64,000 bases of DNA, from positions 586,243 to 650,242 of the forward strand of contig JAYQTH010000002.1 of the NCBI GenBank assembly GCA_038147295.1, given 5' to 3'. This document shows positions 50,321 through 62,128 of this stretch, piece by piece (the first letter of the stretch is position 1; each line of letters opens with the position of its first letter). The stretch is from Gammaproteobacteria bacterium. GTDB taxonomy: Bacteria; Pseudomonadota; Gammaproteobacteria; Magnimaribacterales; TMED112. Below the pieces are notes generated by a model. It saw only the letters and a program-made list of their open reading frames with translations, was not told where the DNA came from and ran no database searches. The translations under genes were made by a program, and so were the position numbers.

Positions 50321-52532
50321 ACGTTACTTTTGATTTAACTGTTAATTTAAGGCCTTTTGTGGTGATTTTTGCTTGTATTGTGTCACCTCTTTTTGCCTTA
50401 TCTTGTATGAGGTAATTCGCTACCGGCTTCTTAATTTCTTTTTCCACAATTCTAGCAATTGGTCTTGCACCTAATTTATTATCGGTATTCTTTGAAAGTA
50501 TCATTTTTACTACGCTATCATCGTATTCAAAATCAATTCCTTTCTTATTTAATTTTGCTTGCAGTTCTATTAAAAACTTATCAACTACTGAATTTAGATC
50601 CGTTGTTTGAAGTTTATTAAAATTAACTATTCCATCTAATCTATTTCTGAATTCTGGTGTGAAAACCTTAGAGACAGCTTTTTCAAATTTATCTTCATTT
50701 TGCTGTTCAATAAAACCAACAGAATCACTCTCAGCCTCTATTGCTCCTGTATTTGACGTCATGACTATCATCGTATTTTTGAAGTTTACATTTCTTCCGT
50801 TGCTGTCTGTCAATGTTCCGTAATCTAACACCTGCAACAAGATATTAAACACATCAGGATGAGCTTTCTCTATTTCATCTAAAAGCAGCACAGAATAAGG
50901 CTTTTTATTGATTTCTTCCGTTAACAACCCTCCTTGCTCGTAACCAACATAACCTGGAGGTGAGCCTATGAGTTTCGATACAGTATGGCGCTCCATATAC
51001 TCGGACATATCAATCCTTACAAACTCAATGCCCATAAAAAAGGCAAGCTGCTTTGTTAATTCAGTCTTTCCAACACCAGTTGGGCCTGTAAACAAGAACG
51101 AACATATTGGTTTATCATCGCTACCAATACCTGCTTTAGCAGTTTTAATAGCGCTAACAACTGAATCGATTGCCTTATCTTGACCGAAAATCACCGATTT
51201 AAGGTTTGAATCTAAGTTATTTAAATTCTCCTTACTGCTAGCAGTTAGCTGCATTGGTGGAATATTTGTAATGCTTGAAATTAGGTTCTCTATATCGGAT
51301 TTTCTAATTACATTGCCAGTTTTTTTATTGAGTTTCTTCACTGATCCAGCCTCATCAATAAGGTCTATTGCTTTGTCTGGTAGCTTAGAGTCCTGCAAAT
51401 ACTTGTTTGAGAGCTCTACGGCTGATTTAAGCGCCTCTTTTGAATAAGATACCTCATGATAGGCTTCAAACTTGTTCTTTAAGCCCTCGAGGATTCTAAG
51501 AGCCTCATCTGTACTTGGTTCATCAATTTGAATTTTCTGGAATCTTCTCGACAGTGAATTGTTTTTTTCAAAAATCTGCCTATATTCTTTGTAAGTTGTT
51601 GCTCCTATGCATCTAATATCGCCTTTAGCCAAAGCTGGTTTTAGTAAGTTCGATGCATCTAGTGCACCTCCTGATGCTGATCCAGCACCAATAATTGTGT
51701 GGATTTCATCGATAAAGAGGATTATTTTTTCATTCTTTTTGAGATATTCAGTAAGTGATTTCATTTTTTTCTCAAAATCACCTCTGTACTTTGTTCCTGA
51801 CACTAAACTACCGACATCAAGGGCCATTACCTCGTAATCTGCAAATATTTCAGGGCATTTTTCTTCTTGTATGGCTTTTGCTAAACCCTCTGCAATGGCT
51901 GTCTTACCGACCCCTGACTCGCCAACTAGTACTGGATTGTTTTTTCTTCTTCTGCCAAGTACTTGAAACAATCTTTCAGTCGTGTCTTCACGACCGATTA
52001 GCGGATCTATTCTCCCCTCTTTTGCCTGTTGATTAAGATTGGTTAAGAAATCTGGATGAGATTCAGTAACTTCTTTGGTTTCTTCTGTGTTCTCTTCTGT
52101 TTCAACGGCAGTATCTCTTCCATGGGAAATATACTCAACAACATCTAATCTGCTGATGTTTCGCCTGTTTAGAATGTAAACGGCATAGCTTTCTTTTTCC
52201 GAAAAAATTGCTGCAAGCAAGTTTTCTCCATGAACCTCAGTTTTCCCACTGGATTGAACGTGAAAAATCGCTCTTTGCAATACTCTTTGAAACGCCAGAG
52301 TTGGCTGTATTTCCTTAGTTTCCTTAGTTTTCGGTACGTTTTTGTTAATGTATTCTTTAACTTCTTTTTGAAGGCTGCTGATATCTACCGATAAAGATTC
52401 AAAGATTCTCCTTGCTGATTCCTCCATAGTGAGCATAAGCAGGAGGTGTTCAATTGTGACAAATTCCTCCTTGTTTTCAGAACAATCTTTAAAGAGTTGA
52501 TTTAATGTATTTTCTAAATCTTTCGAAAGCAT
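50313..52532 (-). CDS. clpA: ATP-dependent Clp protease ATPase subunit ClpA
   Basis: MLSKDLE N-domain, GESGVGKT and GPTGVGKT Walker A motifs, RIDMSEYME; follows clpS. Confidence 0.96.
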   Translation of the reverse strand: MLSKDLENTLNQLFKDCSENKEEFVTIEHLLLMLTMEESARRIFESLSVDISSLQKEVKEYINKNVPKTKETKEIQPTLAFQRVLQRAIFHVQSSGKTEVHGENLLAAIFSEKESYAVYILNRRNISRLDVVEYISHGRDTAVETEENTEETKEVTESHPDFLTNLNQQAKEGRIDPLIGREDTTERLFQVLGRRRKNNPVLVGESGVGKTAIAEGLAKAIQEEKCPEIFADYEVMALDVGSLVSGTKYRGDFEKKMKSLTEYLKKNEKIILFIDEIHTIIGAGSASGGALDASNLLKPALAKGDIRCIGATTYKEYRQIFEKNNSLSRRFQKIQIDEPSTDEALRILEGLKNKFEAYHEVSYSKEALKSAVELSNKYLQDSKLPDKAIDLIDEAGSVKKLNKKTGNVIRKSDIENLISSITNIPPMQLTASSKENLNNLDSNLKSVIFGQDKAIDSVVSAIKTAKAGIGSDDKPICSFLFTGPTGVGKTELTKQLAFFMGIEFVRIDMSEYMERHTVSKLIGSPPGYVGYEQGGLLTEEINKKPYSVLLLDEIEKAHPDVFNILLQVLDYGTLTDSNGRNVNFKNTMIVMTSNTGAIEAESDSVGFIEQQNEDKFEKAVSKVFTPEFRNRLDGIVNFNKLQTTDLNSVVDKFLIELQAKLNKKGIDFEYDDSVVKMILSKNTDNKLGARPIARIVEKEIKKPVANYLIQDKAKRGDTIQAKITTKGLKLTVKSKVTSI

Positions 52533-52545
52533 ATAGATAATATAT

Positions 52546-52869
52546 CTAATCTTTTATCAATTCTTCAATATCTGTTTTCAAAGGATGTTCATTTTGTTTT
52601 GAAAATTGATTGATTTGCTGCGATTTTGTCTCAGCAATTTCCCTTGAAAAGGCGCCACAATAACCCTTTCCTTCTGTATGAATTTGCAGCATTACTTCGG
52701 TTGCTTTTGCATGATCAAACCCAAAGAATTGTTGAATAACGTAGACAACAAACTCCATTGGCGTGTAATCATCGTTGAAGAAAACTACTGCAAAGCGCGC
52801 AGGTTTTTCGATTTCAAGAATTGGATCTTCAAGCTCGACGCTTCCAGATGTGTACTCTTTTTGCGACAT
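52546..52869 (-). CDS. clpS: ClpS N-end-rule adaptor
   Basis: VVFFNDDYTPMEFVV, MLQIH.EGKG and AETK. Confidence 0.96.
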   Translation of the reverse strand: MSQKEYTSGSVELEDPILEIEKPARFAVVFFNDDYTPMEFVVYVIQQFFGFDHAKATEVMLQIHTEGKGYCGAFSREIAETKSQQINQFSKQNEHPLKTDIEELIKD

Positions 52870-52879
52870 TCAGAATTTT

Positions 52880-54133
52880 CTAGAAGTTTTTGATCAGAAG
52901 TTCACCAAATTTTGAGCAGCTTACTTCTTCAGCATCATCAATGAGTCTAGCAAAATCATAGGTTACTGTTTTGTCTTGAATGGTTTTTTCCATTCCTAGA
53001 ATGATTAAATCTGCTGCCTCGACCCAACCCATATGCCTTAGCATCATTTCAGCTGAAAGGATTAGAGAGCCTGGATTTACCCTATCTTGGCCTGCATATT
53101 TAGGTGCTGTACCATGTGTTGCCTCAAATACAGCAGTTTCATCACCTAGGTTTGCTCCTGGTGCTATGCCTATGCCTCCTACTTGAGCAGCTAATGCATC
53201 TGATAGGTAGTCTCCATTGAGGTTAGGTGTTGCTAAAACATTATATTCAGCAGGCCTTAGAAGGCATTGCTGTAAGAAAGCATCACAAATTACATCGTTA
53301 ACTATTATTTCTTTGCCAGTATTTGGATTTTTGAACATCATCCATGGGCCGCCATCAATTTCTACTCCGCCAAACTCTTCAGCAGCCAGCTCATAACCCC
53401 AGTCTCTGAAGGCGCCCTCAGTAAATTTTTGGATATTTCCTTTGTGTATTAAAGATACAGAGTCTCTATTGTTCTGTACTGCATATTCAAAAGCCTTTCT
53501 AATTAGGCGCTTACTACCCTCTTCCGATATTGGCTTAATACCTATTCCACAGCTCTCTGGAAACCTAATTTTCTCAACACCATATTGCTCTTGAAGGACC
53601 TTAATTAATGACTTTGCTTCTTCTGTGTCTGCTTTAAATTCAACACCTGCATAAATGTCTTCAGAGTTTTCTCTAAAAATCACCATATCTACTAGTTCAG
53701 GCTTTCTTACTGGACTTGGAGTGCCATCAAAATACCTCACTGGTCTTTGACACACATAAAGATCAAGTTGTTGGCGTATGGCAACGTTTAAGGATCTTAT
53801 GCCACCACCAACGGGTGTTGTGAGCGGCCCTTTGATAGACAGAATGTACTCTCTGCAAGCGTCTAATGTTTCTTGTGGAAGCCATTCATTGTCGCCATAT
53901 ACCTCAACGGATTTTTCTCCACAAAATATTTCCATCCAACTTATAGCTTTTTTGCCGCCATAAGCTTTATCCACAGCTGCATCAACAACTTTTTTCATTA
54001 CAGGTGTAATATCAACACCAATACCATCGCCCTCGATGAATGGAATAATAGGATTATCAGGGATATTTAACTTACCATTTTTGTAAGATATTTTTTCACC
54101 CTTCGCTGGAACTTTAATTTTTGATGTACCCAT
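52880..54133 (-). CDS. icd: Dimeric isocitrate dehydrogenase (E. coli Icd type)
   Basis: [37 protein letters not shown] and [13 protein letters not shown]; ATG at 54133. Confidence 0.96.
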   Translation of the reverse strand: MGTSKIKVPAKGEKISYKNGKLNIPDNPIIPFIEGDGIGVDITPVMKKVVDAAVDKAYGGKKAISWMEIFCGEKSVEVYGDNEWLPQETLDACREYILSIKGPLTTPVGGGIRSLNVAIRQQLDLYVCQRPVRYFDGTPSPVRKPELVDMVIFRENSEDIYAGVEFKADTEEAKSLIKVLQEQYGVEKIRFPESCGIGIKPISEEGSKRLIRKAFEYAVQNNRDSVSLIHKGNIQKFTEGAFRDWGYELAAEEFGGVEIDGGPWMMFKNPNTGKEIIVNDVICDAFLQQCLLRPAEYNVLATPNLNGDYLSDALAAQVGGIGIAPGANLGDETAVFEATHGTAPKYAGQDRVNPGSLILSAEMMLRHMGWVEAADLIILGMEKTIQDKTVTYDFARLIDDAEEVSCSKFGELLIKNF

Positions 54134-54200
54134 AGACCTAAAATTTGGCTTGATTATACTTAGATTTGCACTAAATATTAAGCTTTTATGAAGAAATGTT

Positions 54201-55340
54201 ATGCAAAATAGCAAAAAGGTTATAGTTGGCATCTCTGGAGGCGTAGATTCCTCTGTTAGCGCACTTATGCTTAAAACTGCAGGTTTCGATGTTCAGGGTG
54301 TTTTTATGAAGAATTGGACCAATTCTGCACCCAATATTGAATGCACTACTGAGAAGGATTTTGCTGATGCGGAGGCGGTCTGTGATCAAATAGGGATACC
54401 CCTTCACCAAGCTAATTTTTCTGGGGACTATTGGGACCGCGTATTTAAGAAATTTTTGTCTGATCACAACGAGGGCCTAACGCCAAATCCAGATATTTTA
54501 TGCAATAAAGAAATAAAATTTAGATCATTTTTGGACTATTGCTTGGAAATAGGCGCTGACTACATAGCCACAGGACACTACGTTAGAGTTGATAATAGTG
54601 GCTCATCAGCAAGACTTTTAAGAGGTATTGATCCCACAAAAGATCAATCTTATTTCCTGCATCAGGTTACAGGAAAAGATCTTGCCAAATCCTTGTTTCC
54701 TCTGGGTGAGCTTACCAAGGAACAGGTTAGACAAATTGCCAAGGACAACAAGCTAATAACATCAGAAAAGAAAGATTCCGTTGGGATTTGTTTCATTGGG
54801 AAAAACAAATACAACGACTTCATTGCCAATTTTCTTGGCAAGGATCCAGGCGTAATATTGGATGAAGAAGGGAATGAATTGGGTGTTCATGATGGTTTGA
54901 TGTATTTCACTCTTGGTCAAAGGCAGGGCATCGGGCTTGGAGGCATTAAAGGCAAGGAACAAGATTCTTGGTACGTAGCCCATAAAGACACACAATCAAA
55001 AGCTTTGACAGTTGTTCAGGGTAGAGATCATCCGCTGCTATTTAGTGACGGCTGTTATGTTGATAATGTTCAATGGGTCAACGAAAACAATGAAGATGAG
55101 CTTAATTGCGAAGTCCAGATAAGGTATCAGTCGCAGCCAGTGAAAGCACAACTAAAAAAATTAACTGGTGGCTATAAGATAACTTTTTCTTCGCCTCAGT
55201 TAGCGGTAACGCCTGGTCAGTCCGCAGTGATCTATCAGGGGGAAGACTGTTTAGGCGGTTCAGTAATTAAAGACAGGATTTCTTCAGACTTTTATAGCTG
55301 GGCTGATAATCGAGGTTATAATTACCAAGTCTATGGATGA
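54201..55340 (+). CDS. mnmA: tRNA 2-thiouridylase
   Basis: [38 protein letters not shown] and PGQSAV. Confidence 0.96.
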   Translation: MQNSKKVIVGISGGVDSSVSALMLKTAGFDVQGVFMKNWTNSAPNIECTTEKDFADAEAVCDQIGIPLHQANFSGDYWDRVFKKFLSDHNEGLTPNPDILCNKEIKFRSFLDYCLEIGADYIATGHYVRVDNSGSSARLLRGIDPTKDQSYFLHQVTGKDLAKSLFPLGELTKEQVRQIAKDNKLITSEKKDSVGICFIGKNKYNDFIANFLGKDPGVILDEEGNELGVHDGLMYFTLGQRQGIGLGGIKGKEQDSWYVAHKDTQSKALTVVQGRDHPLLFSDGCYVDNVQWVNENNEDELNCEVQIRYQSQPVKAQLKKLTGGYKITFSSPQLAVTPGQSAVIYQGEDCLGGSVIKDRISSDFYSWADNRGYNYQVYG

Positions 55341-56685
55341 CAGTCAACTGAGGAACCTGTCCCCTCTCGATGGAAGATATCACGATAAAACTAAAGTAAC
55401 TCGTGAGATTTTTTCTGAGCTTGGCTTAATCAAGGCACGAGTTAAAGTTGAGGCTCTCTGGCTTTCCTATTTTTTGAGTAATTTCAAACCAGAATTAATT
55501 AATGAGGAAATCAGCTCCTTGCTGACCAATCTTGCATCAAACGTACCCGATGAGTTGGCTTTGCGTGTAAAAGAGATTGAGCAAACAACCAATCACGATG
55601 TAAAAGCAGTTGAGATTGCTATAGCAGAACAATTTGCTGACCAAAATAGTATTCAGAGCTTAGTCCACATATTTTTAACCTCTGAAGACGTCAATAGTGC
55701 CAGTTATGCATTGATGCTAAAAGATGGGAACGATGCTTTAATTGCATTGCTTGAAAGCCTCTTAAGTGACATAAAAGATTTAGCAGCAAATACTGCCGAT
55801 ATTGCCATGTTGGCAAGAACTCATGGTCAGCCAGCCTCCCCTACCTCTCTGGGCAAGGAGTTGAATGTCTTTGCCACAAGAATTGAAAAAGAACTTCAGA
55901 CACTAAAAAACCAAAAAATGTACGCCAAATGGGGTGGTGCTACAGCAAACTACAACCCTCACCTGCTCGCTTATCCAGAAGAGAACTGGGTTAAGCATTC
56001 TCAAGATTTTATGGCTGGCATGGAGCTAGAGCTAACAACGGTTTCAACGCAAATTGAGCCACATGATTATATGGCTGAAGTTTTTCAAAATGTCGTCAGG
56101 GTCAACAATGTGCTATTGGATTTTGCACAAGACGTCTGGTCTTACATTGCGTTTGATTATTTCAAGCTCAAGGTAGTGAAAGATGAAGTGGGCTCTTCAA
56201 CCATGCCACACAAAGTAAATCCAATCGATTTTGAAAATGCCGAAGGCAACCTTGGGCTCTCATCAGCACTTTTAAACCATTTGGCTAATAAGCTCACCCA
56301 ATCACGTTTGCAGAGAGATCTTTCAGATTCCACTGCTTTACGCAATATTGGTTCTGCGTATGGTTATTTGGAAATAGCTTTGAGCTCATTAAAAAAAGGC
56401 GTCGCAAAATTAGAACCAAATAACATCAAAATAAAAGCAGATCTTGAGGATCGCTATGAGATACTTGCTGAAGCATTGCAAAGCTTTTTGAGACTTGAGG
56501 GCAACAGCGATGCATACAATGCAATCAAAGATCTCAGCAGAGGCGCAGTAATGAATAAAGAGGTTTATGAGAGGGCTGTCAATGAGCTAGTTGCAGATGC
56601 CAAACATAAAGAAATTCTATTGAAACTTAAACCAGAGACGTATGTTGGTTTGGCTTCAATATTAGCAAAGGAAGGAAAAAAATGA
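55333..56685 (+). CDS. purB: Adenylosuccinate lyase
   Basis: LSPLDGRY, TNHDVKAVE, ARTHGQPA and GSSTMPHKVNPIDFENAEGN. Confidence 0.96.
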   Translation: MDDSQLRNLSPLDGRYHDKTKVTREIFSELGLIKARVKVEALWLSYFLSNFKPELINEEISSLLTNLASNVPDELALRVKEIEQTTNHDVKAVEIAIAEQFADQNSIQSLVHIFLTSEDVNSASYALMLKDGNDALIALLESLLSDIKDLAANTADIAMLARTHGQPASPTSLGKELNVFATRIEKELQTLKNQKMYAKWGGATANYNPHLLAYPEENWVKHSQDFMAGMELELTTVSTQIEPHDYMAEVFQNVVRVNNVLLDFAQDVWSYIAFDYFKLKVVKDEVGSSTMPHKVNPIDFENAEGNLGLSSALLNHLANKLTQSRLQRDLSDSTALRNIGSAYGYLEIALSSLKKGVAKLEPNNIKIKADLEDRYEILAEALQSFLRLEGNSDAYNAIKDLSRGAVMNKEVYERAVNELVADAKHKEILLKLKPETYVGLASILAKEGKK

Positions 56686-58259
56686 GTGTGAAATTCAAGT
56701 TTGATATGCCCCCAGAGGCAGAAGTGATTTTTAACCAAGACGCCTTAAAGTTTCTTGAGAGCTTGCATAATAAATTCGATGGACGAATCAAAGAAGTTCT
56801 TGAGACTAGGGCAGAGAGACAGGAGAAATTCAACAATGGTTTGTTACCGGATTTTCTTCCTGAAACAGAAGCCATACGTTCATCCGATTGGCGTGTTCGA
56901 GATATCCCCAATGACCTCTTAGATAGAAGAGTTGAAATCACTGGTCCTGTTGATAGAAAAATGGTTATTAACGCGCTAAATGCCGATGTGAAGGTATTCA
57001 TGGCAGATTTTGAAGACTCCCTAAGCCCTACTTGGGAAAACGTAGCTTTAGGGCAAAAAAACCTCTACGACGCAGTCAGAAAAACAATCAATTTTGAGAA
57101 CCCTGACAATGGCAAGAAATACAAACTCAATGAGGATACAGCAATATTAATGTGTCGAGTTCGAGGCTTACACCTGCCAGAAAAAGCCATTGAAATTAAC
57201 GGCGATAATCCTTTTGGTTGTTTGTGTGATTTTGGACTTTATCTGTTACACAACGCTAAAGAGCTTATGAACAACAATACCGGACCCTATTTCTATGTGC
57301 CTAAACTCCAATCGCACCTTGAGGCAAGATTATGGAACGAAATAATTGACTACTCTGAAGACTATCTCAATCTACCAAGAGGCACTGTTCGCGTGACATG
57401 CTTAATTGAAACATTGCCGGCAGTCTTTGAAATGGATGAGATTTTGTACGAGCTTAAAGACCACATAGTAGCCCTAAATTGTGGTCGCTGGGATTACATC
57501 TTCAGCTACATTAAGACCTTCCAAAATTCACCTGATAGGCTCTTGCCTGATCGCTATCAAGTCGGCATGGGACAACCTTTCCTTAATGCTTATTCAAGAC
57601 TTTTAATCAAAACTTGTCACCGTAGAGGCGCTTTTGCGATGGGTGGAATGGCCGCCTTTATTCCTTCCAAGGACCCAGAAGAAAACGATAAGGTGACTGA
57701 AAAAGTTATGGCTGACAAAATGTTGGAGACTCAGAATGGTCATGATGGAACTTGGATTGCCCACCCTGGGTTATCTGATATTGCCAACAATGTATTTTCC
57801 AACGCTTTTGAGGCCGGCAATACCAATCAAATGCATGTGCTCAGAGAAGAAGATGAAATTACAGCAGAAGATCTAATCACACCCTGCGACGGTGATTTTA
57901 CTGAAGGGTGTTTTCGAGCAAATATCAGAGTTTCCTTGCGTTACATTGAAGCTTGGTTAAGAGGCGTAGGCTGTGTGCCAATTTACGGATTAATGGAAGA
58001 CGCCGCAACCGCTGAGATATCTAGAAGTTCATTGTGGCAGTGGGTAAAGCACGGTGTCACCATGGATTCAGGCGTTGTGGCCTCAAAAGCATCATTTGAA
58101 AAAATGCTGGATGAAGAATACAATGTTGTCCAAGAAGAGGTTGGGCAGAGCTCTTTGGCATCAGGTAAGTTCCTTGAGGCTAAAAAATTATTAAATGATT
58201 TGGTGTTAAGCGAGGAATTAACTGATTTCCTTACATTGCCCGCATATAGGAGTATATAA
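56682..58259 (+). CDS. aceB: Malate synthase A
   Basis: DRRVEITGP, MADFEDS, ALNCGRWDYIFS, GGMAAFIP and LMEDAATAEISR. Confidence 0.96.
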   Translation: MSVKFKFDMPPEAEVIFNQDALKFLESLHNKFDGRIKEVLETRAERQEKFNNGLLPDFLPETEAIRSSDWRVRDIPNDLLDRRVEITGPVDRKMVINALNADVKVFMADFEDSLSPTWENVALGQKNLYDAVRKTINFENPDNGKKYKLNEDTAILMCRVRGLHLPEKAIEINGDNPFGCLCDFGLYLLHNAKELMNNNTGPYFYVPKLQSHLEARLWNEIIDYSEDYLNLPRGTVRVTCLIETLPAVFEMDEILYELKDHIVALNCGRWDYIFSYIKTFQNSPDRLLPDRYQVGMGQPFLNAYSRLLIKTCHRRGAFAMGGMAAFIPSKDPEENDKVTEKVMADKMLETQNGHDGTWIAHPGLSDIANNVFSNAFEAGNTNQMHVLREEDEITAEDLITPCDGDFTEGCFRANIRVSLRYIEAWLRGVGCVPIYGLMEDAATAEISRSSLWQWVKHGVTMDSGVVASKASFEKMLDEEYNVVQEEVGQSSLASGKFLEAKKLLNDLVLSEELTDFLTLPAYRSI

Positions 58260-59540
58260 ATGAATTTAAGTGACCAAGTCGCTGCGTTAGAGAAAGATTG
58301 GGCTGAGAACCCAAGATGGAAGCATGTTAAAAGACCATATTCAGCAGAAGAAGTCGTCAGGTTAAGAGGATCATTGCAGCCTGAATGTACACTAGCAAGA
58401 AGAGGATCTGAGAAACTTTGGAATTACCTACATACTGAGGATTACATAAACTGTTTAGGTGCATTGACCGGAGGTCAAGCTGTGCAGCAGGTCAAGGCTG
58501 GAGTGAAAGCGATTTATCTCTCAGGCTGGCAAGTAGCCGCCGACAACAACTCTGCTGGCACCATGTATCCCGATCAATCACTGTATCCGGTTGATTCAGT
58601 GCCTAAAGTTATTAAGCGTATTAATAACGCTTTTAGACGTGCCGATCAAATTGAATGGTTGAACACCAATGGCGAACCGAAGATAGACTTTTTTGCCCCA
58701 ATTATTGCCGATGCTGAAGCTGGTTTTGGCGGCAATTTAAATGCCTTTGAACTAATGAAGCGCATGATCGATGCTGGGGTATCTGGGGTGCACTTTGAAG
58801 ATCAATTGGCCAGTGTTAAAAAATGCGGCCATTTGGGCGGCAAGGTATTAGTTCCAACCCAAGAAGCCGAACAAAAATTGATTGCTGCAAGACTTGCGGC
58901 CGATGTATCCAACACTCCTACTATTTTGATTGCTCGCACCGACGCCGATGCGGCAGATTTAGTAACTTCAGACATTGATGACAGAGATCTACCCTTCTTA
59001 ACCGGCGAAAGGACCTCAGAGGGTTTCTTTAGATCCAATGCTGGCATTGATCAGGCTATTGCTAGAGGATTGGCTTATGCGCCCTATTCCGACCTTGTGT
59101 GGTGTGAAACATCCAAACCTAGCCTTGAGGAAGCCAAAAAATTTGCTGAGGCAATCAAGAAAGATCATCCAGAAATTATGTTGGCTTACAACTGTTCACC
59201 GTCATTTAACTGGAAGAAAAACCTCGATGACGCAACCATTGCTAAATACCAGAAAGAGCTCGGTGCCATGGGATACAAATTCCAATTCATCACTTTAGCC
59301 GGTATTCATTCAATGTGGCACGGAATGTTCAGCCTAGCAAAAGAGTACGTATCCGATGGTATGACAGCTTATGTCAAGCTGCAGGAGAAGGAGTTTGCCG
59401 ATGCTGAAAAAGGCTATACTTTTGTGTCCCATCAACAAGAAGTTGGTACAGGTTACTTCGATGCAGTTAATAACTGCGTGCAAGGCGAAGAGAGCTCAAC
59501 TTCGGCTCTAAAAGGTTCTACCGAAGAAGAGCAGTTCTAA
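58260..59540 (+). CDS. aceA: Isocitrate lyase
   Basis: [24 protein letters not shown] and YNCSPSF. Confidence 0.98.
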   Translation: MNLSDQVAALEKDWAENPRWKHVKRPYSAEEVVRLRGSLQPECTLARRGSEKLWNYLHTEDYINCLGALTGGQAVQQVKAGVKAIYLSGWQVAADNNSAGTMYPDQSLYPVDSVPKVIKRINNAFRRADQIEWLNTNGEPKIDFFAPIIADAEAGFGGNLNAFELMKRMIDAGVSGVHFEDQLASVKKCGHLGGKVLVPTQEAEQKLIAARLAADVSNTPTILIARTDADAADLVTSDIDDRDLPFLTGERTSEGFFRSNAGIDQAIARGLAYAPYSDLVWCETSKPSLEEAKKFAEAIKKDHPEIMLAYNCSPSFNWKKNLDDATIAKYQKELGAMGYKFQFITLAGIHSMWHGMFSLAKEYVSDGMTAYVKLQEKEFADAEKGYTFVSHQQEVGTGYFDAVNNCVQGEESSTSALKGSTEEEQF

Positions 59541-59590
59541 AATTTGTAATTTTTTTGTTTTCATAGGACACTCTTATTAAGGAGTGTTCT

Positions 59591-59953
59591 ATGAGCAAAA
59601 TAGTAAAAAAATCGTTTTCCAATCCCGACGTAAAACCCGATTTTCCTAAAGTCGATGCCAGAACCTTAGAAATGGGCGATGGTGTTAAAGTATCAAGAGT
59701 AGTTGCTGAGCATGGCTGGAAGTGGTCAGAATGCGTCAAACCTAGCATTGGAACAGACAGCTGCCAAGCTTCGCACATAGGTGTGTTAGCCAAAGGCAAC
59801 ATGACGGTCAGAATGGACGATGGGACAGAAGTTAATTATGAGGCTGGTGATGCTTACATGATTGGCCCTGGTCACGATGCTTGGATTACCAGTGCTGAAG
59901 GCACAGAGGCATACGAAGTCTCGTTTGATAAAGCCGATATTTGGCACGATTGA
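59591..59953 (+). CDS. Small cupin-domain protein
   Basis: GWKWSECVKP..GT.SCQ.SH.G and G....I.PGHDAW cupin motifs. Confidence 0.8.
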   Translation: MSKIVKKSFSNPDVKPDFPKVDARTLEMGDGVKVSRVVAEHGWKWSECVKPSIGTDSCQASHIGVLAKGNMTVRMDDGTEVNYEAGDAYMIGPGHDAWITSAEGTEAYEVSFDKADIWHD

Positions 59954-59990
59954 TTAAGAGTTAAAAAAACAGTCTACTTTCTAGACATGC

Positions 59991-60030
59991 TCTAGCCACA
60001 GTGCCATACTCAAATTGTGGCTAGATTTTT
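59991..60030 (+). terminator. Probable terminator after the aceBA-cupin block
   Basis: TCTAGCCACA-N15-TGTGGCTAGA-TTTTT. Confidence 0.6.
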
Positions 60031-60116
60031 ATCAATAATACGGCTACCGTCAGCACGATGGCATCATTGTCATATTATCTCAACCACTTTTAATTTGAAT
60101 TCAGAGAGGAGCAATA

Positions 60117-60218
60117 ATGCAGAAATTTAAAAATATTTTATTCGTAATCATCAGCACACTAGTGCTCGCCAACTGCGGTGGCGGTGGCGGTGGCGGCTCA
60201 GAACCGGCACCAGTACCA
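60117..60218 (+). repeat. Direct repeat copy 1 (lipoprotein leader); copy 2 at 62129-62230
   Basis: 98 of 102 nt identical, compared by eye; the SD region AGGAG[CT]AATA is also shared. Confidence 0.93.
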
Positions 60219-62126
60219 ACCCCTCCTCCAGCACCTACGGCTTCTATTTCTGCTGATCCGACGACTTTATGGGTCAATGAGTCTGTCACCCTCACTTGGT
60301 CATCAACCAATGCCACTGGATGCAGTGCTGGCGGTGAATGGAGTGGCGATAAAGACCCATCGGGCGAAGAAAGTGTCACAGTAACCAAAGATGGCGAACT
60401 AACCTATAGCATCACCTGCTCATCCGGCACACGATCGGCCACTTCAGAGGTGGTAATCACCGCTAATCCTATTAATCAGACAGGGAAATATGCTTACGAA
60501 GATGGTACTTATGTATATATTGAGGCAGAACAAGGTAACTTATTCAATACTCCGGCAAAATGGACTTATTCATTAAGAGAGCATGGTGGTTATACTTATC
60601 CAAATTCTGAAACTGGAGAGCCTATTATTCTCGATGGGGGATGGTTCGACAACAGGATCAAAACTTGTCGTTCCGCAAATCTAAATGGTGATGAATACCC
60701 AGATGTTGTGGCTCAATCTATGACAACTTGGCAGGCACAACCGACTTCTCAGCCTGAAGATATGCAAAATCCAGAAAGAAGACCGAGAGTTCACTTTTTT
60801 ATAAATGACGGCCAAGGTAAATTTGATGATGCTCAGGACATTATTTTAGGTGATGATTACTACCGTATTAATACCTACAAAGACATAATGCTTGGCGATC
60901 TAAATAATGATGGCATCGATGACATTTTGACAGGTTCAGGTGGTGCTGGACCTTTGCTCTGGCAAGTGATTGATGATGGCATACTTATTCTGATGAGTAA
61001 TGAAGACGGAAATTTTGAGGATAAGACAGATTTGATTAATTTCCCAAAAATTACAAGAGATAGAGGCGAATTTTCAGAAGAGGTATTAGGCATTGCTGGA
61101 GTTGATAATGTTATTCCTGTAGACGTTAATGGGGACGGCTGGAAAGATATTGTAATGTTTGCTATTGCACAACCTGAACAAGGATACTCATTTCCATTAG
61201 TCTTATTGAGTGATGAAGGAAAATCATTTGAACCTTGGGATAGGTACAAAAACGATGACCCTCTCTTTTTAATTGGCGAGTGGATGGGTATGAGAGATGC
61301 TCATGTGGCTGATTATGATAACGATGGTGATGAAGACGTTTTTATGCTTTGTTATCGTGATTGCTGGAGTGAGAGCTCTTCGTTGTATGCCGATGGAAGT
61401 GATACAGGTTTTGTCTTAATCAACAATGAGGGCGACTTTAAAAAAGAGGATATTATACATTTTCCACCAGGTACAATTGCTGATGTAAACAAAAATGATG
61501 CTATGTCAGTCGGTGATATCAATGGCGATGGTTTGGTTGATGTAGTTATAGCTCAAGGCAAAAGTGACCCATACTATGTTTCTAGGAACATTCAAATTCT
61601 TATCAATAATGGCGAAGGTTTTAGTGATGAGACTGAAACAAGAATTGAGAATCTACGAGACGATTACAATGGGACTCCAGAGGGAAATATATGGCTAATT
61701 GATTATGACCAAGATGGCGATTTGGATATTTTTGATTTTCAAGACAACGTCAGAAATGGCTATTCCAGCAACACCAATGCTCCTACCGAGGAAGATAAAA
61801 AGTTTCCTTACTGGAAAAATGGTGGCGCACTCTTTTTGAATGATGGTGGCGGAATTTTTACTTATCAGGAAGAAGATACAACTATTACTGGTGAACTGCC
61901 AAATTTATTTGAGCCATGGAAGATGTCGACCTTTAATGAGCCATACCACTTATGCCCAGTGGATTTTGGAGATGGTTATGGGTATGGTTTTGGTTTTTCA
62001 GGTAGTCCCGGTGAAGAAGCACCAAATGTCAACCCACCGGAGGGAGAGCCCTATGTTGATTATAATCTTGAGGGCTTTGCTTTTGGAAGAAAGGTCAGCA
62101 ACCAAGACAATTTTAGACAGGAGTAA
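60117..62126 (+). CDS. Lipoprotein with Gly/Pro linker, Ig-like module and FG-GAP/VCBS Ca-binding repeats
   Basis: LANC-G7-S leader; six DxNxDGxxD-type repeats (NLNGDEYPD, DLNNDGIDD, DVNGDGWKD, DYDNDGDED, DINGDGLVD, DYDQDGDLD). Confidence 0.82.
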   Translation: MQKFKNILFVIISTLVLANCGGGGGGGSEPAPVPTPPPAPTASISADPTTLWVNESVTLTWSSTNATGCSAGGEWSGDKDPSGEESVTVTKDGELTYSITCSSGTRSATSEVVITANPINQTGKYAYEDGTYVYIEAEQGNLFNTPAKWTYSLREHGGYTYPNSETGEPIILDGGWFDNRIKTCRSANLNGDEYPDVVAQSMTTWQAQPTSQPEDMQNPERRPRVHFFINDGQGKFDDAQDIILGDDYYRINTYKDIMLGDLNNDGIDDILTGSGGAGPLLWQVIDDGILILMSNEDGNFEDKTDLINFPKITRDRGEFSEEVLGIAGVDNVIPVDVNGDGWKDIVMFAIAQPEQGYSFPLVLLSDEGKSFEPWDRYKNDDPLFLIGEWMGMRDAHVADYDNDGDEDVFMLCYRDCWSESSSLYADGSDTGFVLINNEGDFKKEDIIHFPPGTIADVNKNDAMSVGDINGDGLVDVVIAQGKSDPYYVSRNIQILINNGEGFSDETETRIENLRDDYNGTPEGNIWLIDYDQDGDLDIFDFQDNVRNGYSSNTNAPTEEDKKFPYWKNGGALFLNDGGGIFTYQEEDTTITGELPNLFEPWKMSTFNEPYHLCPVDFGDGYGYGFGFSGSPGEEAPNVNPPEGEPYVDYNLEGFAFGRKVSNQDNFRQE

Positions 62127-62128
62127 TA

